Assembly: GCA_016786865.1 (NCBI GenBank)
Contig: JAEUVE010000018.1
Location: 124,947 to 188,946, forward strand
DNA length: 64,000 bases
From: Sediminibacterium sp.
GTDB lineage: Bacteria; Bacteroidota; Bacteroidia; Chitinophagales; Chitinophagaceae
Direction: 5' to 3'
Part shown: positions 55,021 through 64,000 of the stretch, one piece after another
Numbering within the stretch: position 1 is the stretch's first letter
Layout of the letters: the number at the start of each line of letters is the position of its first letter
The notes under the pieces: generated by a model
Seen by the model: only the letters and a program-made list of their open reading frames with translations
Databases searched by the model: none
Told to the model about the DNA's origin: nothing
Made by a program: the position numbers and the translations under genes

Positions 55021-56211
55021 ATGGCTGCCAGAACAGATCTATTCCAATCTCCCGATTATTTGCTGATCGACGAATTGCTTACCGAAGAGCACCGACTGAT
55101 CCGTGAGTCTGTTAGAAACTACGTAAAGAAAGAAATTTCTCCGATTATCGAAGATTATGCACAGCGTGCAGAATTTCCTCAGCATATCGTGAAGCAATTG
55201 GGCGACCTAGGTTGTTTTGGACCAACCGTTCCGGAAGAATATGGTGGGGGCGGTCTGGATTACATCAGTTATGGTTTGATGATGCAGGAACTGGAGCGTG
55301 GCGACAGTGGTGTAAGAAGTACCGCAAGTGTGCAGGGTAGCCTGGTGATGTATCCGATTTATGCATACGGAAGCGAGGAGCAAAGAAAGAAATACCTGCC
55401 AAAACTGGCATCCGGTGAATGGCTGGGATGCTTTGGTTTAACAGAGCCCGATCATGGTTCTAATCCTGCAGGTATGATCACCAATATCAAAGATGCAGGT
55501 GATGGCAGGCACGTGATTCTGAACGGTGCAAAAATGTGGATCAGCAACGCCCCGTTTGCACAGGTAGCAGTTGTATGGGCCAAAAACGAAGAAGGTAAAA
55601 TTCAGGGATTGATAGTTGAAAGAGGAATGGAAGGATTTACCACACCAACCACACACGGAAAATGGAGCCTTCGTGCAAGCGCTACCGGAGAGTTGGTGTT
55701 CGACAATGTAAAAGTGCCTAAAGAAAATATTTTACCCAATGTAATTGGCTTAAAAGGACCGTTGGGTTGTTTGTCCAAAGCCCGTTACGGTATTGCATGG
55801 GGTGCGCTGGGTGCTGCAATGGACTGCTACGATACTGCACTGCGTTATAGCAAGGAGCGTATTCAGTTTGATCGTCCGATCGGAGGATTTCAACTGCAAC
55901 AAAAGAAACTGGCCGAAATGATTACCGAAATCACCAAAGGTCAATTGCTGGTATGGCGTGTAGGTGTGCTGATGAACGAAGGACGGGCTACCCCGGCTCA
56001 GATCAGCATGGCCAAGCGCAACAGTTGCGAAATTGCCACCAATATTGCCCGCGATGCACGTCAGATGCTGGGTGGTATGGGTATTACCGGAGAATACAGT
56101 ATTATGCGTCACATGATGAACCTGGAAAGTGTAATTACTTACGAAGGAACTCATGACGTACACTTGTTGATCACCGGTATGGATATTACCGGAATGAATG
56201 CATTTAAATAG
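55021..56211 (+). CDS. gcdH: Glutaryl-CoA dehydrogenase (acyl-CoA dehydrogenase family)
   Basis: ELERGDSG.RS..SVQGSLVM, GCFGLTEPDHGSNP, LNGAKMWI, SLRASATG, AR.GIAWG, MMNLESV.TYEGTHDVH; TAATTTTG box at 54981-54988. Confidence 0.88.
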   Translation: MAARTDLFQSPDYLLIDELLTEEHRLIRESVRNYVKKEISPIIEDYAQRAEFPQHIVKQLGDLGCFGPTVPEEYGGGGLDYISYGLMMQELERGDSGVRSTASVQGSLVMYPIYAYGSEEQRKKYLPKLASGEWLGCFGLTEPDHGSNPAGMITNIKDAGDGRHVILNGAKMWISNAPFAQVAVVWAKNEEGKIQGLIVERGMEGFTTPTTHGKWSLRASATGELVFDNVKVPKENILPNVIGLKGPLGCLSKARYGIAWGALGAAMDCYDTALRYSKERIQFDRPIGGFQLQQKKLAEMITEITKGQLLVWRVGVLMNEGRATPAQISMAKRNSCEIATNIARDARQMLGGMGITGEYSIMRHMMNLESVITYEGTHDVHLLITGMDITGMNAFK

Positions 56212-56217
56212 TCTGCA

Positions 56218-56724
56218 GTGAAAATCTTCCTGATAGGCATGATGGGGTCGGGTAAATCATACTGGAAACAGTTGCTGGCCAAACAATGCAAAGCCGGGGG
56301 ATACGATCTCGACTTCATCATCGAGGCCCAGGAAGAACGTACTATTCCGGAAATTTTTCAGGAAGACGGAGAAGCTTATTTCCGAAAAGCAGAAGCAAAA
56401 TTGCTTCGCTGGTTCGGAGAAAAAAAAGCTTTTGTACTGGCTACCGGTGGTGGAACACCTTGTTTTCATGAGAACATGAAATGGATGAACGAACAGGGTG
56501 TTACCATCTGGATAGACGAACCTGTAGATGTATTGGCAGAAAGACTAATCAACGAAAAAGCACACAGACCCTTGCTGGCCAATCTGGATGATGCGGGTCT
56601 GCGTGCTTTTCTTTCTGAAAAGCTGGAGGAGCGAAGGCCTTTCTATTCCCTTGCAACCCATCATTTAAAAGGAGCGCAGATCAATTTAAAGTACTTTAAA
56701 AAAATCATCAGACAACATGCATAA
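56218..56724 (+). CDS. aroK: Shikimate kinase
   Basis: GTG start; LIGMMGSGKS Walker A, DLD, GEAYFR, ATGGGTPC, RPLL, R.PFY. Confidence 0.93.
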   Translation: MKIFLIGMMGSGKSYWKQLLAKQCKAGGYDLDFIIEAQEERTIPEIFQEDGEAYFRKAEAKLLRWFGEKKAFVLATGGGTPCFHENMKWMNEQGVTIWIDEPVDVLAERLINEKAHRPLLANLDDAGLRAFLSEKLEERRPFYSLATHHLKGAQINLKYFKKIIRQHA

Positions 56725-57106
56725 AGAATTTCTTACTACCGCAGCCGTATTGGGTGGATTTGCCGTATTGCTCGGTGCATTTGGTGCACATGGACTCAAA
56801 GCCCATGCAACAGAGCAGCAGCTGAATACCTATGAAACAGCGGTAAGGTATATGTTTTACCATGTGTTTGCGCTGGCCCTTTGCGGGGTGCTTTACCAGG
56901 CTTACCCGCTTGGAGGGGTTGTAACCTCCGGAAAGCTTTTTATGGCAGGGATGGCCGTTTTTTCCGGTTCCCTGTTCCTGATGACCGCCCTTTCTTTGGG
57001 TGGTTCCGATAAATTTAAATGGCTGGGAGCCATTACGCCGGTTGGGGGGCTTTTACTGGTAGCCGCCTGGTTTACACTGGCCTATACCCTGATCCGTCAC
57101 AAATAA
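56717..57106 (+). CDS. DUF423-family small membrane protein
   Basis: VLLGAFGAHGL, TAVRYMFYH, FSGSL, LGAITPVGG. Confidence 0.88.
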   Translation: MHKEFLTTAAVLGGFAVLLGAFGAHGLKAHATEQQLNTYETAVRYMFYHVFALALCGVLYQAYPLGGVVTSGKLFMAGMAVFSGSLFLMTALSLGGSDKFKWLGAITPVGGLLLVAAWFTLAYTLIRHK

Positions 57107-57212
57107 AGCCAGGTTGCAAACGATACGTGGAAAACTGTTGGTTTTGTAAGCAGTTTTGCACATTGCAGGGGATGCGTTCCTTCTGCCTCCCGCATGGCTT
57201 ATATTTGTTTTC

Positions 57213-59840
57213 ATGGCAAATAGCTTAAGAAAGAAAACGCCGCCGCCACCTGATCCGGAAACATTAACTGCCGATAAAGAAGCAGAAGTTACTGTAACAG
57301 AGGTAGTGAAAGACGAACGTACCGAAAAAATTGCCGGTGCGGTAAGCATCCTTTTTACCCTTTTTCTGTTTATTGCATTTACCTCTTACTTATTTACCTG
57401 GCAGGAAGACCAGGATAAGGTACAGCAGTTTGGTATCCGTATTTTTTCAACCGATGATGTAAGGGTAAACAATCTGCTGGGTGTACTGGGTGCATATACT
57501 GCACACACTTTCTGGAACAATGGATTCGGACTCGCTTCCTATTTATTTTGTACCTTCTTTTTTGTTTTGGGCGTAAACCTGCTTTTTGGAAAAAAGATTT
57601 TTAAATTACTGCGCAACCTGAAATACGTGTTGGTAGGGCTGGTGGTATTCAGTACCAGTTTTGCTTTTGCTACCCGGGGGGCAGATTTCTCCTGGGGAGG
57701 TGCTGTAGGAGAATACCTCAACGACTGGAGCACCAAGTGGATCGGAAAAGTAGGAACAGGCGCTGTGATCGGCCTTGCATTCTTCAGCTACATCATCTGG
57801 CGGTTTAATCCAACCTTTACTATACCCAACTGGAAATTCGACTGGTTCGATAAAAAAGACACCCTGGCCAAAAATCTTGCTGCAGATACAGATGCCCCCG
57901 AAAAGGATGGGCTGGATCTGCCCGATGCAGAAGGTGTGGAAAGCGGCGAAGCGGAGGAGGCAGGTGGCGAAGAAGACTATCCCCCGCAAAGCAATAATAA
58001 ACTAAAAGGAGATGGTTCCCTGGTATCTGTAGTAATGCCTGCCGGAACAGATGCGGCCAATCCGCTGAACCAGTTTGATGTGATTGAGAAGGATGAGCCG
58101 GAAGAAGAGGAAGACTTTGCGGAAGAAGAACAAGAAGAAGAGTTGGATGTGTTGGAAGAGGAGTTGGAAGAGGAACTGGAGGCAGAACAGGAAGAACCGG
58201 AAGTTATTCTGCAGCCAACGGTAAAAAACATTACGGCACATGTGCCAGCAGCTGCCAATCTCGAGCTGGAGATTAAGGAAGTGCCCGAAGAACATGTTGA
58301 AGCAGAAATTGCTGCTACCGTCGGAAGCCTGGCTACCAAATACGATGTAACGCTCGATCTGAAAGACTACAGGTATCCCGGTCTGGATTTGCTCGAAACA
58401 CATGGGAGCGAGAAAATCGTACACGACCCGCAGGAGCTGGAGACGAATAAGAACCAGATCATTGCAACCCTCAAAAACTACGACATCGCCATTCAGCGGA
58501 TCGCGGCCACCGTTGGGCCTACCGTTACCCTCTATGAAATTGTACCTGCCCCCGGCGTAAGGATCAGCCGGATTAAAAACCTCGAAGATGATATAGCCCT
58601 GAGTCTTGCGGCATTGGGCATCCGTATCATAGCTCCGATACCTGGCAAGGGAACCATTGGTATTGAAGTTCCCAATGTGCGTAAAACCATTGTGAGTATG
58701 CGTACCCTGCTGGCCAGTGAAAAATTCCAGACCAGTAAGTTCTCGCTTCCCATTGCTATTGGTAAGCGCATCGACAACGAAAACTTTATTGTAGACCTGG
58801 CATCTATGCCACACCTGCTGATGGCCGGTGCAACTGGTCAGGGTAAATCGGTAGGGGTAAATGCCATCCTGGTTTCGCTCCTGTACAAGAAGCATCCTTC
58901 ACAACTGAAGTTTGTGCTGGTGGATCCCAAAAAGGTGGAGCTGAGCCTTTACCGGGTGATTGAAAAACATTTTCTGGCCAAACTTCCTGGAGAGGAAGAA
59001 GCCATCATCACGGATACCAAAAAAGTAATTTATACACTGAATGCGCTTTGCATTGAAATGGATCACCGCTACGACCTGCTGAAGGAAGCAGGTTGCCGGA
59101 ATATCAAGGAATACAACGAGAAGTTCACTGCCCGTAAACTCAATCCGGAAAAAGGCCACCAATACCTGCCATTCATTGTGCTGGTAGTGGATGAATTCGC
59201 AGATCTGATCATGACTGCGGGTAAGGAAGTGGAAATGCCAATCGCCCGTCTGGCGCAGCTGGCACGTGCCATTGGTATTCACCTGATCATTGCCACACAA
59301 AGACCATCCGTTAATATTATTACGGGTACCATCAAGGCCAACTTCCCTGCGAGGATTGCATTTAAAGTATCCAGCAAAATAGACAGCCGCACCATTCTGG
59401 ATGCAGGAGGTGCAGAGCAGCTGATCGGAAAAGGGGATATGTTGGTGAGTTACAACGGCGAAATTACCCGATTACAGTGTGCATTTGTTGATACACCCGA
59501 AGTAGAGAGCGTTTGTGAGTTCATTGGAGATCAGCGGGGCTATCCGCATGCATTCCTTTTGCCGGAATATGTAGATGAGAAGGAAATGGAAGGCCGCGAC
59601 TTTGATGCCAACGATCGGGACCCACTCTTTGAAGATGCGGCAAGACTCATCGTAAGCAGCCAGATGGGCTCTACCTCACTGATTCAGCGAAGAATGAAAC
59701 TGGGTTACAACAGAGCCGGTCGTTTAATGGACCAGCTGGAAGCAGCCGGAATCGTTGGGCCGAATCAGGGCAGCAAGGCCAGAGAAGTTATTTTTAAAAC
59801 AGAATCCGAATTGCAGGAGTTCCTGGATACCATGGCCTAG
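57213..59840 (+). CDS. ftsK: DNA translocase FtsK
   Basis: N-terminal TM domain, acidic linker, GPTVT.YE, PHLLMAGATGQGKS, VDPKKVEL, VVDEFADL, LARAIGIHLI.ATQRPS, gamma domain QRRMKLGYNRAGRLMD. Start taken at ATG 57213. Confidence 0.97.
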   Translation: MANSLRKKTPPPPDPETLTADKEAEVTVTEVVKDERTEKIAGAVSILFTLFLFIAFTSYLFTWQEDQDKVQQFGIRIFSTDDVRVNNLLGVLGAYTAHTFWNNGFGLASYLFCTFFFVLGVNLLFGKKIFKLLRNLKYVLVGLVVFSTSFAFATRGADFSWGGAVGEYLNDWSTKWIGKVGTGAVIGLAFFSYIIWRFNPTFTIPNWKFDWFDKKDTLAKNLAADTDAPEKDGLDLPDAEGVESGEAEEAGGEEDYPPQSNNKLKGDGSLVSVVMPAGTDAANPLNQFDVIEKDEPEEEEDFAEEEQEEELDVLEEELEEELEAEQEEPEVILQPTVKNITAHVPAAANLELEIKEVPEEHVEAEIAATVGSLATKYDVTLDLKDYRYPGLDLLETHGSEKIVHDPQELETNKNQIIATLKNYDIAIQRIAATVGPTVTLYEIVPAPGVRISRIKNLEDDIALSLAALGIRIIAPIPGKGTIGIEVPNVRKTIVSMRTLLASEKFQTSKFSLPIAIGKRIDNENFIVDLASMPHLLMAGATGQGKSVGVNAILVSLLYKKHPSQLKFVLVDPKKVELSLYRVIEKHFLAKLPGEEEAIITDTKKVIYTLNALCIEMDHRYDLLKEAGCRNIKEYNEKFTARKLNPEKGHQYLPFIVLVVDEFADLIMTAGKEVEMPIARLAQLARAIGIHLIIATQRPSVNIITGTIKANFPARIAFKVSSKIDSRTILDAGGAEQLIGKGDMLVSYNGEITRLQCAFVDTPEVESVCEFIGDQRGYPHAFLLPEYVDEKEMEGRDFDANDRDPLFEDAARLIVSSQMGSTSLIQRRMKLGYNRAGRLMDQLEAAGIVGPNQGSKAREVIFKTESELQEFLDTMA

Positions 59841-59947
59841 TTATTCACCGGTACAATTACCATTTCATCCGATTTTAACTTATCTGAAATGCAGGTTTCC
59901 AGACATTTCTGCCTTAAAACTTATATTTGCAGTCCTAAAAGCACAAA

Positions 59948-60577
59948 ATGCGTAAATTTTATCTGGCCACACTGTTAGTATTGGGTTGTCCCTTATTTAC
60001 CAACGCACAAAATGATCCTGCTGCTAAAAAAGTAATAGAAGCATTCGGAAATAAAGTAAAAGCGGCTAAAGGAATTACCGCTGTTTTTACCCTGAATTCA
60101 TTTACCAGCAAAGGACGGTCTGCCGGAACCAAGCAACTGACACTCTCTATGAGAGGAGATCGATACCTGTTGAAACAGGGAAAAACCGAAATCATCTGCG
60201 ACGGGAAAAATGTATACAATTTTGACGGTGCCAAAACCATCACCAAGTCTTCCGTAGAAGAGAGTAGTCAAACCCTGAGTCCGCAAAAATTACTGGCGGG
60301 TTCTTATGAAAAGGATTTCTCGTACAAGCTGGTTTCTTCTACCGGAAATCTGAATGAAATTGAGATGAAGCCCCTGGATAATCGTAAGAATTTTCAGAAA
60401 GTAAATCTCTATTTCGACAAAGCTAAAAGTACACTGGTTAAAGCCAGGATACTGGATAAGAGCAATAATGTGACCGAGTTGAAAGTGAGCAATATCAATC
60501 TTTCAGCTGTACTGGCCGATCAGTTGTTTGTATTCAATAAAGCCAGGTATCCAAAGGATGTGGAAATTCTGGATTAA
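59948..60577 (+). CDS. lolA: Outer-membrane lipoprotein carrier LolA-family protein
   Basis: Signal peptide; G.....RGDRYLL, II.DGKNVYN, F.F....YP; conserved ftsK-lolA synteny; TATATTTG box at 59922-59929. Confidence 0.8.
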   Translation: MRKFYLATLLVLGCPLFTNAQNDPAAKKVIEAFGNKVKAAKGITAVFTLNSFTSKGRSAGTKQLTLSMRGDRYLLKQGKTEIICDGKNVYNFDGAKTITKSSVEESSQTLSPQKLLAGSYEKDFSYKLVSSTGNLNEIEMKPLDNRKNFQKVNLYFDKAKSTLVKARILDKSNNVTELKVSNINLSAVLADQLFVFNKARYPKDVEILD

Positions 60578-60592
60578 TTTCAACCGAATTTA

Positions 60593-60629
60593 ACAAAAGC
60601 CGTTTCGCATTATCCGGAACGGCTTTTGT
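60593..60629 (+). terminator. Intrinsic terminator after lolA
   Basis: ACAAAAGCCGTTTCG / CGGAACGGCTTTTGT 15-bp stem. Confidence 0.8.
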
Positions 60630-60662
60630 ATTATTTGTACATTCGGTTACACAAAAAAGTAT

Positions 60663-61796
60663 ATGCGAATTCTGCTATCCTTCTTTCTGATCCTGTTTGC
60701 AGCCGGTGTTTCCGCACAGTATACGGCGCGGTTTGTGGTAACGGCAGTGGCCACCAGGCCCAATGAAGACATTTATGTTAGCGGAAATTTCAATAACTGG
60801 AATCCCAAAGAGGAGCAGTATAAACTTAAACCATTTGGTGGCAACAGAAAAAGCATTGTAATCCGTGATCTTCCGGCAGGCAATTATGCGTTCAGGTTTA
60901 CCCGCGGAAGCATCGATAAAATGGAATGTGCTGCAGACGGGCGAGATATTGCAGATCGCATGGTAGAAGTGAATGCAGATGTATCCAATGAATACAGCAT
61001 TGCGGGCTGGAAAGATGATTATCCCGAGCGTCCTAAAAAATATACGGCCAGTCCGCGTGTAAAAATCATAGATACCGCATTTAGAATTCCTCAACTTGAT
61101 CGCAACAGAAGAATCTGGATATACCTTCCTAAAAACTATGCGTCTGTAGGCAAAGCTTATCCTGTTCTGTACATGCACGACGGACAAAACCTTTTCAATG
61201 ATCAAACAGCAGCATCTGGTGAATGGGGAGTGGATGAATGCCTGGATACGCTGCAGGCCAGGCTCGGAAAGGAGTGTATTGTGGTAGGCATTGATCATGG
61301 AGGCGACCGCAGAATGAACGAATACAGTCCTTATGATCATTTTAAGTTAGGAAAGGGCGAGGGAAAGCAATACGTGGATTTTATCGCCACTACTTTAAAG
61401 CCATATATCGACACCCGTTACAGAACCCGCAAAGGATCTGATTATACTTTTGTAGCAGGTAGTGGTATGGGCGGATTGGTCAGCTGGTATGCTGTAATGC
61501 AGTATCCGGGGGTGTTTGGCGGAGCAGGGGTGTTTTCTCCCAACTTCCTGTTGTCGCCGCAGTATTTTGTAGATGCGGAGCAATTCAGCACAGCATCGAT
61601 CCCTAAGTTTTATTTTTATGTGGGTGAGCAGGAAGAAGCGGGTATGGTTACCAATATGAAAAAGATGGCAGGAATCCTGCAGAAAAAGCCTCAGTTCGCA
61701 ATCAGAACCGTTGTGAATCCATTGGGTCAGCACAATGAAACCTACTGGAGGAGGGAATTTGCCGATTTCTATAAATGGATTTCGAATAGCTGGTAA
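60663..61796 (+). CDS. Secreted alpha/beta-hydrolase-fold (putative esterase) protein with N-terminal CBM20-like domain; nucleophile Ser apparently absent
   Basis: IYVSGNFNNWNP, FTRGS; RRIWIYLP..Y, YPVLYMHDGQNLF, IVVGIDH, R.NEYSP, FIATTLKPYID..YRT, AGSGMGG, HNE..W. Confidence 0.85.
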   Translation: MRILLSFFLILFAAGVSAQYTARFVVTAVATRPNEDIYVSGNFNNWNPKEEQYKLKPFGGNRKSIVIRDLPAGNYAFRFTRGSIDKMECAADGRDIADRMVEVNADVSNEYSIAGWKDDYPERPKKYTASPRVKIIDTAFRIPQLDRNRRIWIYLPKNYASVGKAYPVLYMHDGQNLFNDQTAASGEWGVDECLDTLQARLGKECIVVGIDHGGDRRMNEYSPYDHFKLGKGEGKQYVDFIATTLKPYIDTRYRTRKGSDYTFVAGSGMGGLVSWYAVMQYPGVFGGAGVFSPNFLLSPQYFVDAEQFSTASIPKFYFYVGEQEEAGMVTNMKKMAGILQKKPQFAIRTVVNPLGQHNETYWRREFADFYKWISNSW

Positions 61797-61818
61797 AAAA
61801 AATTAATTAAAGCGTCTC

Positions 61819-63174
61819 ATGCAAATAATAATCCGGTTTTCCATTGCAGCAGTTATCGTGCTGCTGGCAGGAATACACAACCTGCAGGCCCAACCCGGGC
61901 ACCCAAAAAATCCATTGCCAACGTCCTATCAGCTCAAATGGCATGAAAATAATTTTTATCTGTTCATGCATTTTGGACCAAATACATTCACCAACCAGGA
62001 ATGGGGCACAGGTCAGGAAACAGCTGCATTGTTTCGTCCGGAACAGCTCGATTGCAGCCAGTGGGTTCGTGTTGCCAAAGAAGCGGGCGCCAAAGGAATT
62101 ATCATCACGGCCAAGCACCACGATGGCTTTTGCTTGTGGCCGAGTAAATATTCCACGCATACGGTAAGGGAGAGCGGCTTCAACCGCGATGTGCTGGCAG
62201 AACTTTCTGTGGCCTGTAAAAAAGCAGGTCTTCTGTTTGGTGTATACCTGTCTCCCTGGGATAGAAATCACCCGGATTATGGTACAGAAAAGTACAACGA
62301 CGTATACGTAAATATGCTGAAAGAAATTTTTACCAACTATGGCCCTATCTGGGAGCTTTGGTGGGATGGCGCCAACGGTGAGGGCCCGAACGGGAAGCAA
62401 CAGATATACGATTGGAAACGCTACGAAGCAATGGTAAGAAGTCTTTCACCGCAAACCATTATTTTCAGTGATATCGGACCGGATTGCAGATGGGTGGGTA
62501 ATGAAAAGGGATTTGCCGGAGAAACCAACTGGAATTTGCTGGATACAGCAGGATATACCAGGGGGGCGGGTTCTCCTCCGATGGATACCCTGAACCGCGG
62601 CAACTATCGGGGAGCGCAGTATATTCCCGCAGAATCGGATGTGAGCATCCGCCCGGGATGGTTCTATCATCAATCGGAAAACGACCAGGTTAAAACACCG
62701 GATCAATTGATGGACATTTATTTGAAAACGGTGGGAAGGGGGGCGAATCTGCTGCTGAATGTACCACCAGACAACAAAGGCCTGATTCACGAAAAAGACA
62801 TAGCTGCATTAACAGGGTTTAAAAACAAAAGATCCATTTTGGAAAAGAAAGATTTGCTGAAAGGGGCTTCTCTTAGGGTTTCTGAACCGGATAAATCCAA
62901 CCCGGATCGTTTATACAGCTGGTATTATATTTTAAAATCTCCCGTTTGGATCAACGGACTCGTTTTGCAGGAAGATCTGCAGTACGGTCAAAAGATCAGT
63001 GAGGTGAATATCAACGTTAGCAACAGGGGAGAAACCGGTTATCGAAGTACCATCACTACCATTGGCAATCAGCGGATCATTCTGTTTCCGCAACCGGTGG
63101 AAGCAGGGGAGGTCGCCATTGTGATTACGGGTTCAAAAGGTCGTCCGGTTATGAAGGCCATCCGCGCATTTTAG
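61819..63174 (+). CDS. Secreted alpha-L-fucosidase (GH29)
   Basis: FMHFGPNTF, TAKHHDGFCLWPS, YLSPWDRN, ELWWDGA, RWVGNE.G, ESDVSIRPGWFY, VGRGANLLLNVPP. Confidence 0.94.
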   Translation: MQIIIRFSIAAVIVLLAGIHNLQAQPGHPKNPLPTSYQLKWHENNFYLFMHFGPNTFTNQEWGTGQETAALFRPEQLDCSQWVRVAKEAGAKGIIITAKHHDGFCLWPSKYSTHTVRESGFNRDVLAELSVACKKAGLLFGVYLSPWDRNHPDYGTEKYNDVYVNMLKEIFTNYGPIWELWWDGANGEGPNGKQQIYDWKRYEAMVRSLSPQTIIFSDIGPDCRWVGNEKGFAGETNWNLLDTAGYTRGAGSPPMDTLNRGNYRGAQYIPAESDVSIRPGWFYHQSENDQVKTPDQLMDIYLKTVGRGANLLLNVPPDNKGLIHEKDIAALTGFKNKRSILEKKDLLKGASLRVSEPDKSNPDRLYSWYYILKSPVWINGLVLQEDLQYGQKISEVNINVSNRGETGYRSTITTIGNQRIILFPQPVEAGEVAIVITGSKGRPVMKAIRAF

Positions 63175-63803
63175 GTAATGATTTTATGTGCATAAGCCCA
63201 TTTAACCAGGCTGAGCACGTTGTTAGTTCCGGTTTTTCGGAAGATGTTCTTGCGGTGGGTTTCTACGGTTCTTACCGAAATATCCAGCCGGTCGGCAATT
63301 TGTTTATTCGAGAGATCTTTCTCCATTAAAGCGATGATTTCGATTTCCCTTTGGGTCAGATGGGCATGGTTGATCTGTTCCTTTACCCTTGTTTGGGCTT
63401 CCAGGGCATGCAGGATATTATCCGGAAAATAAATTCCGCCATGGTACACTTTTTCTATAGCAGCAGTGAGTTCCTGTGCATCGGTTTGTTTTAAGAGATA
63501 GCCTGCAATGGAGGCCTCGTTAATCAACTGCTCTACAACGGAACCCTCTCCGTTCATACTGAGTGCAATGATTTGTATGTCTGGGTGTTGCTGATTCACT
63601 ATGGTTGCAAGCTCCAGCCCGCTCATGCCCGGCATCATTACATCGGTCAGCAGGATATCAATTTTATGTTCATCCAGTTTGCGGAGCATGTCTTGTCCGT
63701 TGTTGGCGGTACAAATAATCTGTATGCTTTCCTTTTCCTTTAACAAAGCCATCAATCCGTCTATCACAATCTGGTGATCGTCTGCAATACCTAGTCTGAT
63801 CAT
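63171..63803 (-). CDS. NarL/LuxR-family response regulator
   Basis: ADDHQIVIDG, LLTDVMMPG, YLLK; HTH LTQREIEII...LSNKQIADRL.ISVRTVETHRKNI. Start taken at ATG 63803. Confidence 0.94.
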   Translation of the reverse strand: MIRLGIADDHQIVIDGLMALLKEKESIQIICTANNGQDMLRKLDEHKIDILLTDVMMPGMSGLELATIVNQQHPDIQIIALSMNGEGSVVEQLINEASIAGYLLKQTDAQELTAAIEKVYHGGIYFPDNILHALEAQTRVKEQINHAHLTQREIEIIALMEKDLSNKQIADRLDISVRTVETHRKNIFRKTGTNNVLSLVKWAYAHKIIT

Positions 63804-63808
63804 AGTTT

Positions 63809-64000
63809 TTATTTTTTCATCTCCGGGTTGTTCAGTGGAATATAAATAGCTACAACGGTACCCTTGCCTGGTGCAGTATTCCATTCTACGGTTCCGCGCA
63901 GATAACCAATCCGCGAACGGATATTCTGTAATCCTATGCCGGCATCTTCCGGAAGCTGGTTTATATTGAATCCTTTACCATTGTCTTCGATCATTACATC
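63809..64000 (-). CDS. Sensor histidine kinase, C-terminal HATPase fragment (gene starts beyond the right edge)
   Basis: IEDNGKGF, GIGLQNIRSR, PGKGT (D/G1/G2 boxes); ends 5 nt before the response regulator. Confidence 0.9.
   Translation of the reverse strand, partial: DVMIEDNGKGFNINQLPEDAGIGLQNIRSRIGYLRGTVEWNTAPGKGTVVAIYIPLNNPEMKK

Noticed and set aside
58085-58205. Glu-rich low-complexity stretch in ftsK (GAA/GAG-rich)
   Set aside because: A variable acidic or disordered linker is normal for FtsK; not a nucleotide tandem repeat of note.
1-64000. CRISPR arrays, rRNA, IS elements, prophage genes, frameshifted pseudogenes
   Set aside because: No regularly spaced repeats, rRNA-like sequence, transposase or phage motifs, or broken ORFs were found by reading; all recognised genes appear full length.

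Overview
Chromosomal core-genome segment of a Bacteroidota bacterium. The gene content, TAnnTTTG-type promoters and absence of Shine-Dalgarno signals fit this phylum; Chitinophagaceae is my inference. About 55 CDS and one tRNA-His are present. I found no mobile element, prophage or CRISPR array. The first 18 kb is the most unusual part. The canonical his operon (hisG-D-C-B-H-A-F-IE) is split exactly between hisB and hisH by a reversed DUF2147 gene plus a complete trp operon. Two ribosome-mediated attenuators missed by the ORF track are visible. One is a His leader (MKQNLHIHHHHFLPKG) before hisG. The other is a leader before trpE (MTIINKHWWWHTNSERGL) whose Trp triplet is flanked by His codons, which could let the hybrid trp-his operon sense both amino acids. 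The his operon also carries a secreted beta-propeller dehydrogenase plus cytochrome c pair, and the trp operon carries a secreted 16-aa-repeat protein. The rest of the window holds a split FadF/EtfD-like Fe-S membrane oxidoreductase, an Xre-RES toxin-antitoxin pair, an orphan UpxY-CpsB pair, a DUF2723 (TMEM260-like) glycosyltransferase followed by a vWA/AAA+ pair, and Trp catabolism genes (long-form TDO, kynureninase, glutaryl-CoA dehydrogenase). It also holds housekeeping genes (pgm, pcm, prc, mtaB, iscS-like, glmM-like, pyrF, aroK, ftsK, lolA), several hydrolases (one apparently lacking its catalytic Ser) and a truncated two-component system at the right edge. No database searches or folding computations were run; product calls rest on recognised motifs.
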